A stretch of 64,000 nt of DNA from Mobula hypostoma (Eukaryota). A model generated the notes under the pieces. That model worked only from the letters and a program-made list of their open reading frames with translations. It had not been told where the DNA came from and did not search any database. Shown piece by piece: positions 38,440-51,145 of this stretch. The position numbers were made by a program, and so were the translations under genes. Position 1 is the stretch's first letter. Every line of letters starts with the position of its first letter. The stretch spans positions 93,126,001 through 93,190,000 of the forward strand of contig NC_086108.1 of assembly GCF_963921235.1 (NCBI RefSeq), given 5' to 3'.

Positions 38440-40435
38440 TGTCATAGAGTCATAGACAAGTATAGCACAGAAGCAGGCCCTTCAGCCCATCTAGTCCATG
38501 CCAAAACCATTTAAACTGCCTACTCCCATCGACTAGCATTGGGACCATAGCCATCCATACCCCTACCATCAAGGTACCTATTCAAACTTCTCCTAAACAT
38601 TGAAATCAAGTTTGCATGCACCACTTGTGCTGGCAGCTCATTCCGCACTCTCACAACCCTCTGAATGAAGAAGTTTCTCAAAATGTTCCTGAACTTTTCA
38701 CCTTTCACCCTTCACCCATGGTACCTGGTTGTAGTCCCACCCAACCTCAGTGGGAAAAACCTGCTTGCATTTACCTATCTATACTCTTCATAATTTTGTA
38801 TACCTCAATCAAATCTCCTCTCATTCTACTGTGTTCTAGGGAAAAACGTCTGAGCCTATTCAATCTTTCCTTATAACTCTGGTCCTCCAGACATGGCAAC
38901 ATCCTTGTAAATCTTCTCTGCACTCTTTCAAACTTATTCACATCTTTCTTGCAGGTAGGTGACCAAAGCTGCACACAACACTCCAAATCAGCCTCACCAA
39001 TGTCTTACACAACTTCAATATAACATTTCATCCCCTGTAATCAGTACATTGACTTATGAAAGCCAATGTGCCAGAAGCTTTCTTTATGACCCTATCTACC
39101 TGTGGTACCACATTCAATGAATTATATACATGTATTCCCAGATCCCTTTGTTCAACTGCACACCTCAGTGCCCCACCGTCCACTGTGTAAGAATTACGCC
39201 AGATGATCGTACCAAAGCGCAAAACCTCACACTTGTCTGCATTAAACTCTGTCTGCTACGTTTCAGCCCATTTTTCCAGCTGATGCAGCTCCCTCTGCAA
39301 GCCATGATAGCCTTCCTCGCTGTCCTCCAATGTTGGTGTCATCTGCAAATTTGCTGATCCAGTTAACCACATTATTATCCAGATCATTAACATAGATGAC
39401 AAACAACAATGGATCTAGCACCGATCCCTGCAGCACACCACTAGTCACAGGCCTCCAGTCAGAGAGGCATCTATCTACTACCACTCTCTGACTTCTCCGA
39501 CAAAGTCAATGTCTAATCCAATTTACTACCTCATCTTGAATGCCGAATGACTGAACCTTCTTGACCAGTTTCCTATGCGGGACTTTGTCAAGTGCTTTGC
39601 TGAAGTCCATGTAGACAACATCTACTGCCTTGCCTTCATCCACTTTCCTGGTAACTTTCTCGACAAACTCTAGGAGTATTTAGACATGATCTACCACACA
39701 TGAAGCCAAGCTGACTCTTTCACCTGTCCCTGTCTACCCAAATACTTTTATATCTGGTCCCTTAGAATACTTTCCAATAACTTACCCACATCTGATGTCA
39801 GACCCATAGACCTATGATTTCCTGGTTTATGTTTAGAGCCTTCTGTTTACAGCGGAATGATATTGACTATCCTCCAATCCTCTGGTGCTTCTTCTGGCAT
39901 TTCACTTCTACAAGATGACAGTGCCTCACTTCTGTAAACTCTGTGTCCATCTCCTGAGTAAGGACAGATGCAAAAAAATTATTGAAGATCTCCCCCATCT
40001 GTTTTGGCTCCACGTATGAATTTCCATTCTGGTCTTCCAGAGGATCAATTTTATCCCTTGTAATCCTTTTGCTCTTAACATATCTGTAGAATCCCTTAGT
40101 ATTCTCCTTCACGTTGTCTGCTAGGGCAACCTCATCCTTCTTTTAACCTTCCTGATTTCTTTCTGAAGTGTTATCTTGTATTATTATACTCCATAAGCAC
40201 CTCATTTGGTCCATTTTCACCTCCCTTTTTATCCTCCTTACTTGGTCTTCAATATCTCTTGAAAACCAAGGTTCCCTGCACTTGTTATCTGGACTTTTCA
40301 TTCTGATAGGCACATACAAGCTTTGTACTCTCAAAATTTCACTTTTGAGGGTCTCCCACTTACCGAGTGCACCTTTGCCAGAAAACAGCCTGGCCCAATC
40401 CACACTTGCCAGATCATTTCTGATACTATTAGAAT
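38440..40435 (-). mobile_element. CR1 LINE fragment
   Basis: [41 protein letters not shown]. Confidence 0.92.
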
Positions 40436-40571
40436 TGCTCAGGAGAAACCTCCAACAATCAGCACTAAAGATTAAAATACACACAATACAAACAGTTACA
40501 TCCCTAAACTTAAAATGCTTCCTGTGAAATGTAGAGGATTCCATCACTACTGATCATTAGTCACCAATAAT

Positions 40572-41082
40572 ATGTTGACATTGGAGAGGGTTCAAAGGGG
40601 GTTCACGAAAATGATTCCGGGATTGAAGGGCTTACCATGTGAGGAGCAGTTGATGGCTCTGGGCCTGTGCACACTGTAATTCAGAAGAATGAGAGGGGAT
40701 CTCATTGATGTCTATCGAATGTTGAAATGCCTTGCTAGAGTGGATGTGGAGAGGATGTTTCCTATGATGGGGGAATCTAAGACTAGAGGACACAACCTCA
40801 GAATAGATGAATGTCTATTTAGAATGGAGATAAGGTGGAATTTTTTTAGCTGGATAATAGTGAATCAGTGGAATTCGTTGCCACAGGCGGCTGTGGAGAC
40901 CAATTCATTGGGTGTATTTAAGGCAGAGGTTGAAAGGTTCTTGATTAGTCAGGGCATGAAGGGATACAGGTAGAAGGCAGGAGATTGGGGCTGAGAGGGA
41001 AATGGATCAGCCAAGATGAAATGGTGGAGGAGACTCAATATGCCAAATGGCCTATTTCTGCTCCTAAATATTATGGTCTTAA
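40572..41082 (+). mobile_element. CR1 LINE 3' fragment
   Basis: MRGDLIDVYRML..KTRGHNLRI..WNSLP. Confidence 0.9.
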
Positions 41083-41324
41083 TAACTTCTTTACCACAGG
41101 GAATAATTTGAATGTGGAATCTATTTATCACATGGAACATTTGAGGCATTTAATTAAAACCCTTGCTGAATAAATGAAGGAGAAAGGAAGGGAGAGTAAT
41201 ATTGGTCCCAGATGATGAAGACATGTCTATATGGAGCACCAATGACACACAGATCAATGGGCTGAATGAATGAATTCATTGATAATGCTTCAATCAAGTC
41301 ACCGCAGTGAAACTGTTAATGAAA

Positions 41325-41820
41325 AGACATAGAAACATAGAAAATAGGTGCAGGAGTAGGCCATTCGGCCCTTCAAGCCTGCACCGCCATTCAGTATGAT
41401 CATGGCTGATCATCCAACTCAGAACCCTGTACCAGCCTTCCCTCCATACCCCTTCATCCCTTTAGCCACAAGGGCCATATCTAACTCCCTCTTAAATATA
41501 GCCAATGAACTGGCCTCAACTGTTTCCCGTGGCAGAGAATTCTGTGTGAAGAAGTTTTTCCTCATCTCAATCCTAAAAGGCTTCCCCTTTATCCTCAAAC
41601 TGTGATCCCTCGTTCTGGACTTCCCCAACATCGGGAACAATCTTCCTGCATCTAGCCTGTCCAATCCCTTTAGGATTTTATACATTTCAATAAGATCCCC
41701 TCTCAATCTTCTAAATTCCAGAGAGTATAAACCTAGTCGATCCAGTCTTTCATGATATGAAAGTCCTGCCATCCCAGGAATCAATCTGGTGAACCTTCTT
41801 TGTACTCTCTCTATGGCAAG
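41325..41820 (-). mobile_element. Young CR1 LINE 3' end
   Basis: [40 protein letters not shown]; (ACATAGAA)n tail. Confidence 0.92.
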
Positions 41821-42904
41821 ACACCCCAATGGAATTCACTGAGGGGAACCTCTTCACTCAGAGGGCTGTGTGTGAGTGTGGAATGGACTGCCTACAGAAT
41901 TGGTGGATGTGGGTTTGATTACAACATTTGAGAGCAGTTTGGATAAGTACATGGGTGGGAGGGGTATGGATTATGCTTTCTGTTCCACACCATTACTTCC
42001 TTACAAAGACATGAACACAGCATGAATATTTTGCTGGGTGGTTGCACAAATTTCCCGTAGAATCATGCAGAATTGCATACTGGCGTGAGTTCAGTAAAGT
42101 GGTTAAGTTTATTAATGGCAGCTGGATGGGGTGTTGGCGTTTGAGAATTCATCCAAACTATGTAGCATAGATAATATTCTTTCTCTGTGCTTCAGATTCA
42201 CAAACATTTAAATATTGCTGCACAGCAGGAAAATTCCAGTGAGTTTTATTTTACTTTTTACCGTATTGATCAGTCCTCGATGATTTGATGCAAACAACGC
42301 ATTTCACTATAAGTGTCAAAGAACATGTGCCAAATAAAGCTAATCTTTTAATTGTCTTTGAGATTAGCAATAATGACACATGGTAGTTTTTAATATAACC
42401 ATTCTGCACGTCATTGAAGCAACAGTCAAAGTCCAAGTTGGTTTCATGCTGCACAGCAACAGGCTCGGAAACACTCCCTACCATAAAGACATAAAGCACT
42501 ACAGCACAGAAACAAGCCCTTCACCCCGTCTAGTTCATGCCGAACTGACATTCTGCCCAGTGCCATCGACCTAAACCTGGACCATAGATCTCCATACCCC
42601 TCATATCCATGTACTTATCCAAGCTGCTCTTAAATGTTGCACGTCTGCAGGAAGCCTTTTCCATATTCCCACAACCCCTGAGTGAGGAAGTTCCCTCTCA
42701 GGTTCCCCTTAAATATTTCACCTCTCACTCTAAACCTCTGACCTCTAGTTCTAGTCTCAGCCAACTTCAGTAGAAAAAGCCTGCTTGCATTTACCCTTTC
42801 TATGCCCCACATAATTTTGTACACTTCTATCAAATATCCCGTCATTATCCTGCCCATGGTCTCTGCCTCATTTCCAATTATCAATGCACACCCAACACTT
42901 CTAC

Positions 42905-45375
42905 TTCCTTAGGACTTGGCATGACATCTAAAATTCGGACAAATTTCTATAGTTGTGTGGTGGAGAGTATAGTGACTGGCTGCACCACAGCCTGGTATGG
43001 GAATACCAATGCCCTGGAATGGAAAATCCTACAAAAAGTAATGGATACGGCCCAGTCCATCATGGGTAAAACCCTCTCCACCATTGAGCACATCTACACG
43101 GAGCGTTGTCACAGGAAAGCAGCATCCATTATCAGGGACCCCCACCACCCAGGTCATGCTCTCTTCTTGCTGCTGCCATCAGGAAGAAGGTACAGAAGCC
43201 TCAGGACTACACCACCAAGTTCAGGAACAGTGATCCCCCTCAACCATCAGGCTCTTGAACCAAAATCGATAACATCATGCAACTTCACTTGCCCCATCAA
43301 AGAAATGTTCCCACAACTCATGGGCTCACTTTCAAGGACTCACTGTGAAGAGCAAGAGGATAAGACGTGAGAGGATAGGACCAATGAAGTGTGACAGTGG
43401 GAAAGTGTGTATGGAACCGGAGGAGGTAGCGGAGGTACCTAATGAATACTTTGCTTCAGTATTCACGATGGAAAAGGACCTTGGTGATTGTAGGGATGAC
43501 TTATACTGGATTGAAAAGCTTGAAGCATATAGACATTAAGAAAGAGATTATGCTGGAGCTTTTGGAAAGTATCAAATTGAATAAGAAACCGGGATCAGAC
43601 GAAATATACCCCGGGCTACTGTGGGAGGTGAGGGAAGGGATTGCTGAGCATCTGACAATGACCTTTGCATCATCAATTGGAGACTGGAGAGGTTCTGGAG
43701 GATTGGAGCATTGCAGATGTTGTTCCCTTATTCAAGAAAGGGAGTAGAGATAGCCCAGGAAATTATAGACCAGTGAGTCTTACTTCAGTGGTTGGTAAGT
43801 TAATGGAGAAGATCCCGAGAGGGAGGATTTTTGAACATTTGGAGAGGCATAATATGATTAGGAATAGTCAGCATGGCTTTGTCAAAGGCAGGTCATGCCT
43901 TATGAGCCTGATTGAATTTTTTGAGGATGTGACTAAACACATTGATGAAGCTTGAGTGGTAGATGTAGTGTATATGGATTTCAGCAAGGCGTTTCATAAG
44001 GTACCCCATGTAAGGCTTATTGAGAAAGTAAGGAGGAATGGGATCCAAGGGGACCTTGCTTTGTGGATCCAGAAATGGCTTGCCCACAGAAGGCAATGGG
44101 TGGTTGTAGATGGGTCATATTTTGCATGGAGGCCAGTGACCAGTGGTGGGCCTCAGGGATCTGTTCTGGGACCCCTTGGCTTCGTGATTTTTATCAATGG
44201 CCTGGATGAGGATGTGGAGGGATGAGTTAATAAATGTGCAGTTGACACAAAGGTTGCAGATGTTGTGGATAGTGTGGAGGGCTGTCAGAGGTTACAGCAG
44301 GACATTGATAGGATGCAAAGCTGGGCTGAGAAGTGGCAGATGGAGTTCAACCTAGATAAGTGTGAAGTGGTTCATTTTGGTAGGTCAAATATGAAGGCAG
44401 AATATAGTATTAATGGTAAGACTCTTGGCAGTGTGGAGGATCAGAGGGCCTTTGAGATTCAAGTGCATAGGCCACTCAAAGCTGCTGCACAAGTTGACTG
44501 TGTGGTTAAGAAGGCTACAGTGTATTGGCCTTCATCAACCGTGGGACTGAGTTCAAGAGCTGAGAGGTAATGTTACAGCTATATAGGACCCTGGTCAGAC
44601 CCCACTTGGAGTACTGTGCTCAGTTCTGGTCATCTCACTTCAGGAAGGATGTGAAAACTACAGAAAGGGTGCAGAGGAGATTTACGAGGATGTTGCCTGG
44701 ATTGGCAAGCATGCCTTATGTAAACAGGTTGAGTGATCTCAGCCTTTTCTCCTTCGAGTGATGGAGGATGAGAGGTGACCTGATGGAGGTGTATAAGATG
44801 ATGAGAGGCATTGATTGTGTGGATAGTCAGAGGCTTTTTCCCAGGGCTGGAAAGGCTGGCACGAGAGGGCACAGTTTTAAGGTGCTTGGAAGTAGGTACA
44901 GAGGAGATGCCAGGGGTAAGTTTTTTCCACAGAGAGTGGTGAGTTCGTGGAATGGGCTGCCAGTGAGGGCGAAAGAGGCGGATACAATACTGTCTTTTAA
45001 GAGACTCCTGGATAGGTACATGGAGCTTAGAAAAATAGAGGGCTATGGGAAACGTAAAGTAAGTACATTCGGTACAGCAGTGTGGGCCAAAGGGTCTGTA
45101 TTATGCTGTAGGTTTTCTATGTTCTCTGTTTCTATGACTCTTTATCTCATGTTCTCAATATTTATTGCTTATTTATTATTATTATTATTATTATTTCTTT
45201 CTTTTTGTATTTGCTCAGTTTGATATCTTTTGCACACTGGATGAATGCCCAAGTTGGTGCGATCTATCATTGATTCTATTATGGACTTATTGATTATGCC
45301 CACAAGAAAATGAATCTCAGATTTGTATATGGTGAGATATATGTGCTTTGATAATGAATTTACTTTGAACTTTGA
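42905..45375 (+). mobile_element. Rex1/Babar 3' fragment split by a CR1 insertion
   Basis: ORF 42921-43370 FYSCVVES..WYGN..RDPHHPGH..LPSGRRYRS; its 3' UTR resumes near 45135 and ends TTTGAACTTTGAA. Confidence 0.85.
43345..45132 (+). mobile_element. 5'-truncated CR1 LINE, RT region with stops
   Basis: Consecutive ORFs 43665-45223: [52 protein letters not shown]. Confidence 0.95.
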
Positions 45376-45867
45376 AGAAACCCTCCCTCACTCTTTATAG
45401 GGGAATAACCACTGGGCACTCCAACTTCAGATTGTGACATTTCCCACTGGATCTTTTCATTCAGGAAGCATTTCACAGTATGGGAAAGGCTAGGGAGTTA
45501 TAGTTATGAGCTGCTTTCTTGGTAATGAAATACATTGTGGGACTTAGCTGCTCTCACTTAAATACTGTGAGGCTTAGCCGAGGGAAACAAAGAGGATATT
45601 TTTTCACTTAATAATGAAGTCAGTAACTGGCAAAGTGGGTGTAAGATAATTGGGAGAAGGATGAAAGGATGAAAGGGGAGTTGACTATACATATTTCAAT
45701 TGAGTGGTGGGGATCTGATTTAAAAAATTATCTTTTGTTGTCACATGTGCATTGAAACATTGAAATATACAATGAAATGCATTGTTTGCTCAACGACCAA
45801 TGTAGTCCAAAATTGTGCTGGGAGAAGCCCGCAAGAGTTGCATGTTTGTGGCACCAACATAGTAAAC

Positions 45868-46140
45868 TCACACAATCATAGTATGCCAACAAACATAGCA
45901 TACCCTAACCAACATAGTATGCCAAACCAACATAGCATGACTACACCAAAATAGTATGCCCACACCAACATAGAATGCCCACAAGCATAGCATGCCTATG
46001 CCAAAATAGTATGCCATCACCAACACATCAGGCCTACACCAACATAGCATGCCCACACCAAAATAGCATGCCCACACCAACATAGTATGCCCACACCAAA
46101 ACTGCATGCCTACATAGCATGCCCAAACCAACCTAACATT
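45868..46140. repeat. Minisatellite, about 19-20-bp unit CACACCAACATAG(C/T)ATGCC
   Basis: About 13 degenerate head-to-tail units directly following a minus-strand V-SINE fragment (45720-45865). Confidence 0.9.
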
Positions 46141-47114
46141 CCCCACTACCTGAAAAGATATTGGAGGCCGAAGTACTCAAATGCACAAGCACTTGGCAAA
46201 CCATAAACTTCAAAGTGATGGAGTCAGTGAGTTTACCTGTGGCAAAATGATCAGCCAAATCCACTCCTGTGCTGTGATTTTTTTATTCTTTATTGAAGTC
46301 TGTTAGCCCTGCAGAACAGAGTCAAATTGGGCAGTTACATCTTAGTTTATTGCAAATCTTGATATTATTACAAGCACCATTGATAGCCCTAGTGACTCAC
46401 AAAATGGTTGGTCAGAATAAAATTCAGAATTTAATTTACTGTCCCTGACATATGACATGAAATATGTTGTCTTGTGGCATGAGTACAGTGCAAGACATAA
46501 AAATCTATAAATTAAAAGATAAATAAATAGTCCGAAGAAAAGATTAATGAGGTAGTCTTCAGGGGTCCATGGGCCATTCAGAAATCTGAAGGCAGAGGGG
46601 AAGAGCCCATTCTTAAAATGTTGAGTGTGGCTCTTGTACCTCCTCCCTCATGGTAGGAATGAGAAGAGGTCAGGTCCTGGATGGTGAGGACTTTTGGTTA
46701 TGCATGCCGCAGTCTTGAGGCATCACCTCCTGAAGATGTCCTCAGTGGTGGGGAAGGTTGTGTCTGTGATGCAGATGGCTCAGTCTACAACCCTCTGCAT
46801 TTTCTTATGATCCTGTGCATCGCAGCATCCATACCAAGTGGTGATGCAGCCATTCAGAATGTTTTCCGGCATGAATGAGCCTCCATCGGTCTGGGTTGAC
46901 CATTGATGGTGCATCCTAGCTGTCTACATACGCAAGCCTGGCCAATACGATATGGAGAGCAAGCTGTTACCCACGTAGCAAGCTCCCCATCTCCACGCAT
47001 CTGACAAACCCAAAGGAACGGCAGAGACCGATATATTTTGGTATCAGCAGCTTCACAGGAGTTGCCAGTCAGCATTGAACTCAACGCAGGATGACCTTGA
47101 CTCTGGACTTCACC

Positions 47115-47975
47115 TGTGACGAGAATACACATAAAATTAAGATGTTTGCTGGCCTAGGTTAGCATCAGTGACATCAGCAAGTGGTCTGCCACCTGCCCTC
47201 AGGGGAAGGAGAGATAAGGAACAATGGAGCAGCGTCTGGAGATGTGTAATGAAGGGACGTGGGAGAGAGAGCTGTCTGGAGCAGCTCCCCCTTTGAACCC
47301 TGAACTGTTTGAAGTGATGGACAGGCGATACCCCAGCAGGGGGATAAAAAGGGACCGGTTTGCTAAGGCAGGACACACGCCACCCGAGGTAACGAGACCC
47401 TGGAAGCGGTACGCTTCTCACGAGTCGGTGGGAAGTACCAGACAACGGCCAGGGTGGAAGGGTACGATCAGCGGGAACCCGGTGTGTGTCCGCCCTTGCC
47501 TGGGTGCCGGGTTCACTGCAGAGGAGCAACCGCATCTGGAGGAGGGGTCACAGTCGGTGACCTCAGGTGACATCACCAAGGACCTGCCCAAAAAGCTGCT
47601 TGTGAGCCATATCGTCGGTCTGTGAGTGAAGCCATGTCTGAATGATCAGTTGTTCCTGTTCTCTCTCTCTCTTCCCCCACGTTGTCCATCGCCATGGCAA
47701 TGATTACTGCGAACTGAACTACTAAACTGGACTGAACTTTGAGTCACTTTGAAATTTGGTCATTTACCCCTAGACAACGATAGAGCTTGATTGATGCTGT
47801 TATCTTAATTCTGTGCACATGTGTGGTTATCATTGCTGAACTGTTGCATCTATTATCCTTTCAATTACTGTGTTGCTTGTTTCTTTAATAAAACTTTCTT
47901 AGTTCTAGTAATCCAGATTCCAACTGAGTGATCCATTTCTGCTGATTTGGCAACCCAGTTACGGGGTACGTAACA
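47115..47975 (+). repeat. 5' LTR (861 bp)
   Basis: TGTGACG...CGTAACA; GATAAAAA TATA-like motif near 47343; AATAAA near 47887. Confidence 0.97.
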
Positions 47976-47979
47976 TAAG

Positions 47980-48005
47980 TAGGGTTCTCGTCCGCGATTT
48001 TGAAC
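47980..48005 (+). promoter_or_regulatory. Primer-binding site, degenerate tRNA-Pro-like
   Basis: TAGGGTTCTCGTCCGCGATTTTGAAC just after the 5' LTR, compared with canonical TGGGGGCTCGTCCGGGAT. Confidence 0.7.
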
Positions 48006-48074
48006 GCTAAATTTGGGACGGAGTAAATTGATTGGGTTAAAATTCCCGAAAGAAAGAAAAGACAAACAGCAGAA

Positions 48075-50972
48075 ATGGAGGCTGAGGAATTTATAAAGGC
48101 GCCGACCTTTGAGGCATTAGAGGATGCCAGGAAATCGGAATTGATAGCTGTGGCCAAACGGTTGAATCTTGCTAAGGTGAAGTCGACAATGAGGAGAGAG
48201 GAGATACACAGAGCTATTGTAGAGTACTATGTATCTAAAGGTGTGTTTCCCCATGGTGAGCTGGGGGTGGTGTCTATTGAAAAACCTGCTGGAGGCGCGG
48301 TACAGATACAGCTTGAAAAACTGAGACTCGAGCACGAGTTCCGGGTACGGCAGTTAGAACACAAAGAGAAGCAGTTAGAAAGGCAGGAGAGAGAGAAAGA
48401 GGTAGAAAGGCAAGAGAGAGAAAAACAGTTGGAGAGAGAAGAGAGAGAGAGGGACAGACAGTTGGAGAGAGAGGAGAAACAGAGGAAAAGGGAATTTGAG
48501 CTGGAGAAGTTAAAGATAAGGGCCGAGCAGGGGCTCGTGCCGAACCAAGGTGGAGGGTTCCGGGCGACCCAGGACATTAGGCTGGTTCCCCCATTTGACG
48601 ATACCGACGTGGATCGGTACTTTCTCCACTTCGAAAAAGTGGCTATAAGTCAGGACTGGCCGAGGGATAAGTGGGTTGTCTTACTTCAGAGTGTACTGAA
48701 AGGGAAAGCCCAAGAAGCTTACTCCGCTTTATCCGCGGAAGATGCCCAAAGGTATGAGGTGGTGAAAGAGGCCATCCTCAGGATTTATGAGTTGGTCCCG
48801 GAGGCATACCGGCAGAGGTTCCGAAATGCGAGGAAGCAGTGGGACCGCACGTATTTGGAGTTTGCCCGTGAGATGCAGACATATTGTGAGCGTTGGTGCG
48901 CCTCAAAGGGGGTAGAGGGGGATTATGACAGACTGCTACAACTGATCCTGATTGAGCAGTTTAAAGGTTGTGTCCCTGAGGGTATGAGACCCTACCTCGA
49001 TGAGAAAGAGGCAGCCACGTTAGCCGCAACTGCTAAGTTAGCGGATGAGTATGCGTTGACGCATAAAATGAAGTTTGCCCCGAGTAAAGGCTACCAGAAG
49101 GGTAGTCAGGACGGCGGGGAGAGTCCGCCGGAAAAGTCAGAAAGTAAGCCGGGGACTAGTGAGAAGGATAAGGTAGACCGGGAGCAGTCTGGTAGGAAGT
49201 CTCCTGGGGTCGTCTGTTATAATTGTGGGAAAGCCGGACACTTTGCGTCCAGGTGCTTTGCCCCAAAGAAGGAGACGGGAAAAGGAAAAACGGAAATGTT
49301 GAATGGCTGTATTGAGCTGTTAAGCGAACCGCTAGGGAAGGACAGGTCTGAAAAAGTCCAGGAAGGGCGCGAGAGGTTTATCTCGGCCGGATTGGTGTCA
49401 GTGAAGGAGAGGTTAAAACCAGTTCCAGTGCGGATCTGGAGAGACACGGGAGCGTGTCAGTCCCTAATACTGAAGAGTGTATTAGAGTTTAGCTCAGAGA
49501 CCCATACTGGGGAGGTAGAGGTCAAAGGTGTTGGGGAAGGGACAGAGTCAGTCCCTTTGCACCAGATATACTTACAAAGCAACCTGGTCTCTGGACTAGT
49601 CACGATCGGGGTGAGGTCCGAATTACCGATGAAAGACGTGGAAGTCTTGCTCGGTAATGACCTCGCCGGAGGAATCGTGTTCCCAGTCGTGAGATTGACA
49701 GGTCAGCCTGCCAGCATTGAGGCCCCGCCCATGGACTCACAGGTTCATCACGGGCCCGCGATAGTGAATTTAGCTGAAACGTTTCTGCCAACCTTGTATG
49801 AGACGGGGTGTAGTGAGACAAGAGGTAGTGAGGGAGCTGGGACAGACGTAGCAGTAGCCAGGAAAGAATTTGTGCAGACGCGGGAGCGAGACGAGGGGCT
49901 GATGGTTTTGGCAGAGACTGCTCTCTCTGACACAGCCTTGACAAGGGAACTAGTAGGCTATTGTGCGGAGGAGGAAGTGCTAAGGAAGAAAGGGAAATCA
50001 AGTACAGTATCCGCAGATGAGGAGTGGGGGGTGGTGCAAAAGAGTTATGGGGATGAGGTTTTTAACATGGCCCACGAGGTACCCCCTGGTGGACATTTTG
50101 TGGTGCTGGAGGAAACAGTTGGTGGAATCATGAAAGAGATTTACTGGCTGCCCAGGGGGAAAAATGTTATTGATCATGACCGACGCGAACTGAGACGGTC
50201 ACCGGCTTTTGATATGCTAACAAACCTAGTCGGTGTTAGCATGGAAATCAACGAAGCTAGGGGCCCCCTGATAAGAGGAAAAAACCATTTTGAAAAGATT
50301 AGGATGGGATCGGTCAGATGGGAGAAGGCTATTGTTTTGGCCAGGTCTACTGATAAGGTCTCTCCCTTAATCCCCGAACAAAGCGAATCTTTAGAAGAAG
50401 TAATTAAACGACTCGCACCCGTGTGTTTGATTGTCCCGAGGCAATGCAAAGAACTGGGACGTTGGGTGATTGTTGTTACAATAGGGCAGCCTAGTAAACA
50501 ACACCCATATTTAATGAGTAATTCAGTGACTAAAGGGCATATGAACACAGAGGTGTGTATTGGCAATTTAATACGGCTGTCTGAAGCCAGCTTGATAGTG
50601 AACCTTGAAAAAAATGAATTCGGCCACACAAGGGTCACTTACCTGGGAATTGTGGTGACACAGGGGCAGCTGGCAGTGATACAAGCTACAGTGCAGGCTA
50701 TCGCTGACCTCCCAACCCCGACAGACAAGAGGGCCCTCAGAAGGCTCTTGGAGATGGTGGGGTACTACAGGAAGTTTTGCAATAACTCTGCGGTCAATAC
50801 CCGTCCCCCTCCTACTAAGCCCTTGCGAGAGAAAACTGAGTCAGAATGGGACGACCCTTGTTATTGTGGTCCGGGACAAAACCAAATGAGAGGTTACATT
50901 GGTCGCAATTCATCAGTGTTTTTGGCCACTATGAAGTTTGCTGAGTTGGAGCCTGGTCTAAGGGATTATTAA
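48075..50972 (+). CDS. 965-aa Gag-protease polyprotein with degenerate IN/RT/RNase H tail
   Basis: Uninterrupted ORF; E/R/K coiled coil; capsid/SCAN-like PEAYRQRFR..LILIEQF; CX2CX4HX4C at 49215-49256; RDTGA at about 49440 and LLGND; AHEVPPGGH..YWLP; KQHPY; CIGNL; GYYRKF. Confidence 0.9.
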   Translation: MEAEEFIKAPTFEALEDARKSELIAVAKRLNLAKVKSTMRREEIHRAIVEYYVSKGVFPHGELGVVSIEKPAGGAVQIQLEKLRLEHEFRVRQLEHKEKQLERQEREKEVERQEREKQLEREERERDRQLEREEKQRKREFELEKLKIRAEQGLVPNQGGGFRATQDIRLVPPFDDTDVDRYFLHFEKVAISQDWPRDKWVVLLQSVLKGKAQEAYSALSAEDAQRYEVVKEAILRIYELVPEAYRQRFRNARKQWDRTYLEFAREMQTYCERWCASKGVEGDYDRLLQLILIEQFKGCVPEGMRPYLDEKEAATLAATAKLADEYALTHKMKFAPSKGYQKGSQDGGESPPEKSESKPGTSEKDKVDREQSGRKSPGVVCYNCGKAGHFASRCFAPKKETGKGKTEMLNGCIELLSEPLGKDRSEKVQEGRERFISAGLVSVKERLKPVPVRIWRDTGACQSLILKSVLEFSSETHTGEVEVKGVGEGTESVPLHQIYLQSNLVSGLVTIGVRSELPMKDVEVLLGNDLAGGIVFPVVRLTGQPASIEAPPMDSQVHHGPAIVNLAETFLPTLYETGCSETRGSEGAGTDVAVARKEFVQTRERDEGLMVLAETALSDTALTRELVGYCAEEEVLRKKGKSSTVSADEEWGVVQKSYGDEVFNMAHEVPPGGHFVVLEETVGGIMKEIYWLPRGKNVIDHDRRELRRSPAFDMLTNLVGVSMEINEARGPLIRGKNHFEKIRMGSVRWEKAIVLARSTDKVSPLIPEQSESLEEVIKRLAPVCLIVPRQCKELGRWVIVVTIGQPSKQHPYLMSNSVTKGHMNTEVCIGNLIRLSEASLIVNLEKNEFGHTRVTYLGIVVTQGQLAVIQATVQAIADLPTPTDKRALRRLLEMVGYYRKFCNNSAVNTRPPPTKPLREKTESEWDDPCYCGPGQNQMRGYIGRNSSVFLATMKFAELEPGLRDY

Positions 50973-51133
50973 TAACACGTGTAAAAGGAACAGAGAATGC
51001 GATGACTGTCTATCAAGGTGTTGACAGCTTCAAACTCGCTGTGTTAGCCAAATAGCTGATAAAGATGTATATTTGTGTATGTATCAAATAATGTATTCAT
51101 GTTTGTAATGTTTACCTCCCGGTAAAAATCCTT

Positions 51134-51145
51134 AAAGGGGGGAAG
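51134..51145 (+). promoter_or_regulatory. Polypurine tract
   Basis: AAAGGGGGGAAG immediately before the 3' LTR. Confidence 0.9.

Noticed and set aside
45868..46140. CRISPR-like array
   Set aside because: Head-to-tail units with no unique spacers, eukaryotic context and no cas genes.
47224..47625. 133-aa ORF inside the 5' LTR
   Set aside because: No recognisable domain, and it is frameshifted by a 1-bp indel in the 3' LTR copy.
48075..50972. Domesticated host SCAN/gag gene
   Set aside because: Still flanked by near-identical LTRs with TSD, PBS and PPT, so it is a recent insertion; domestication would need orthologous conservation.
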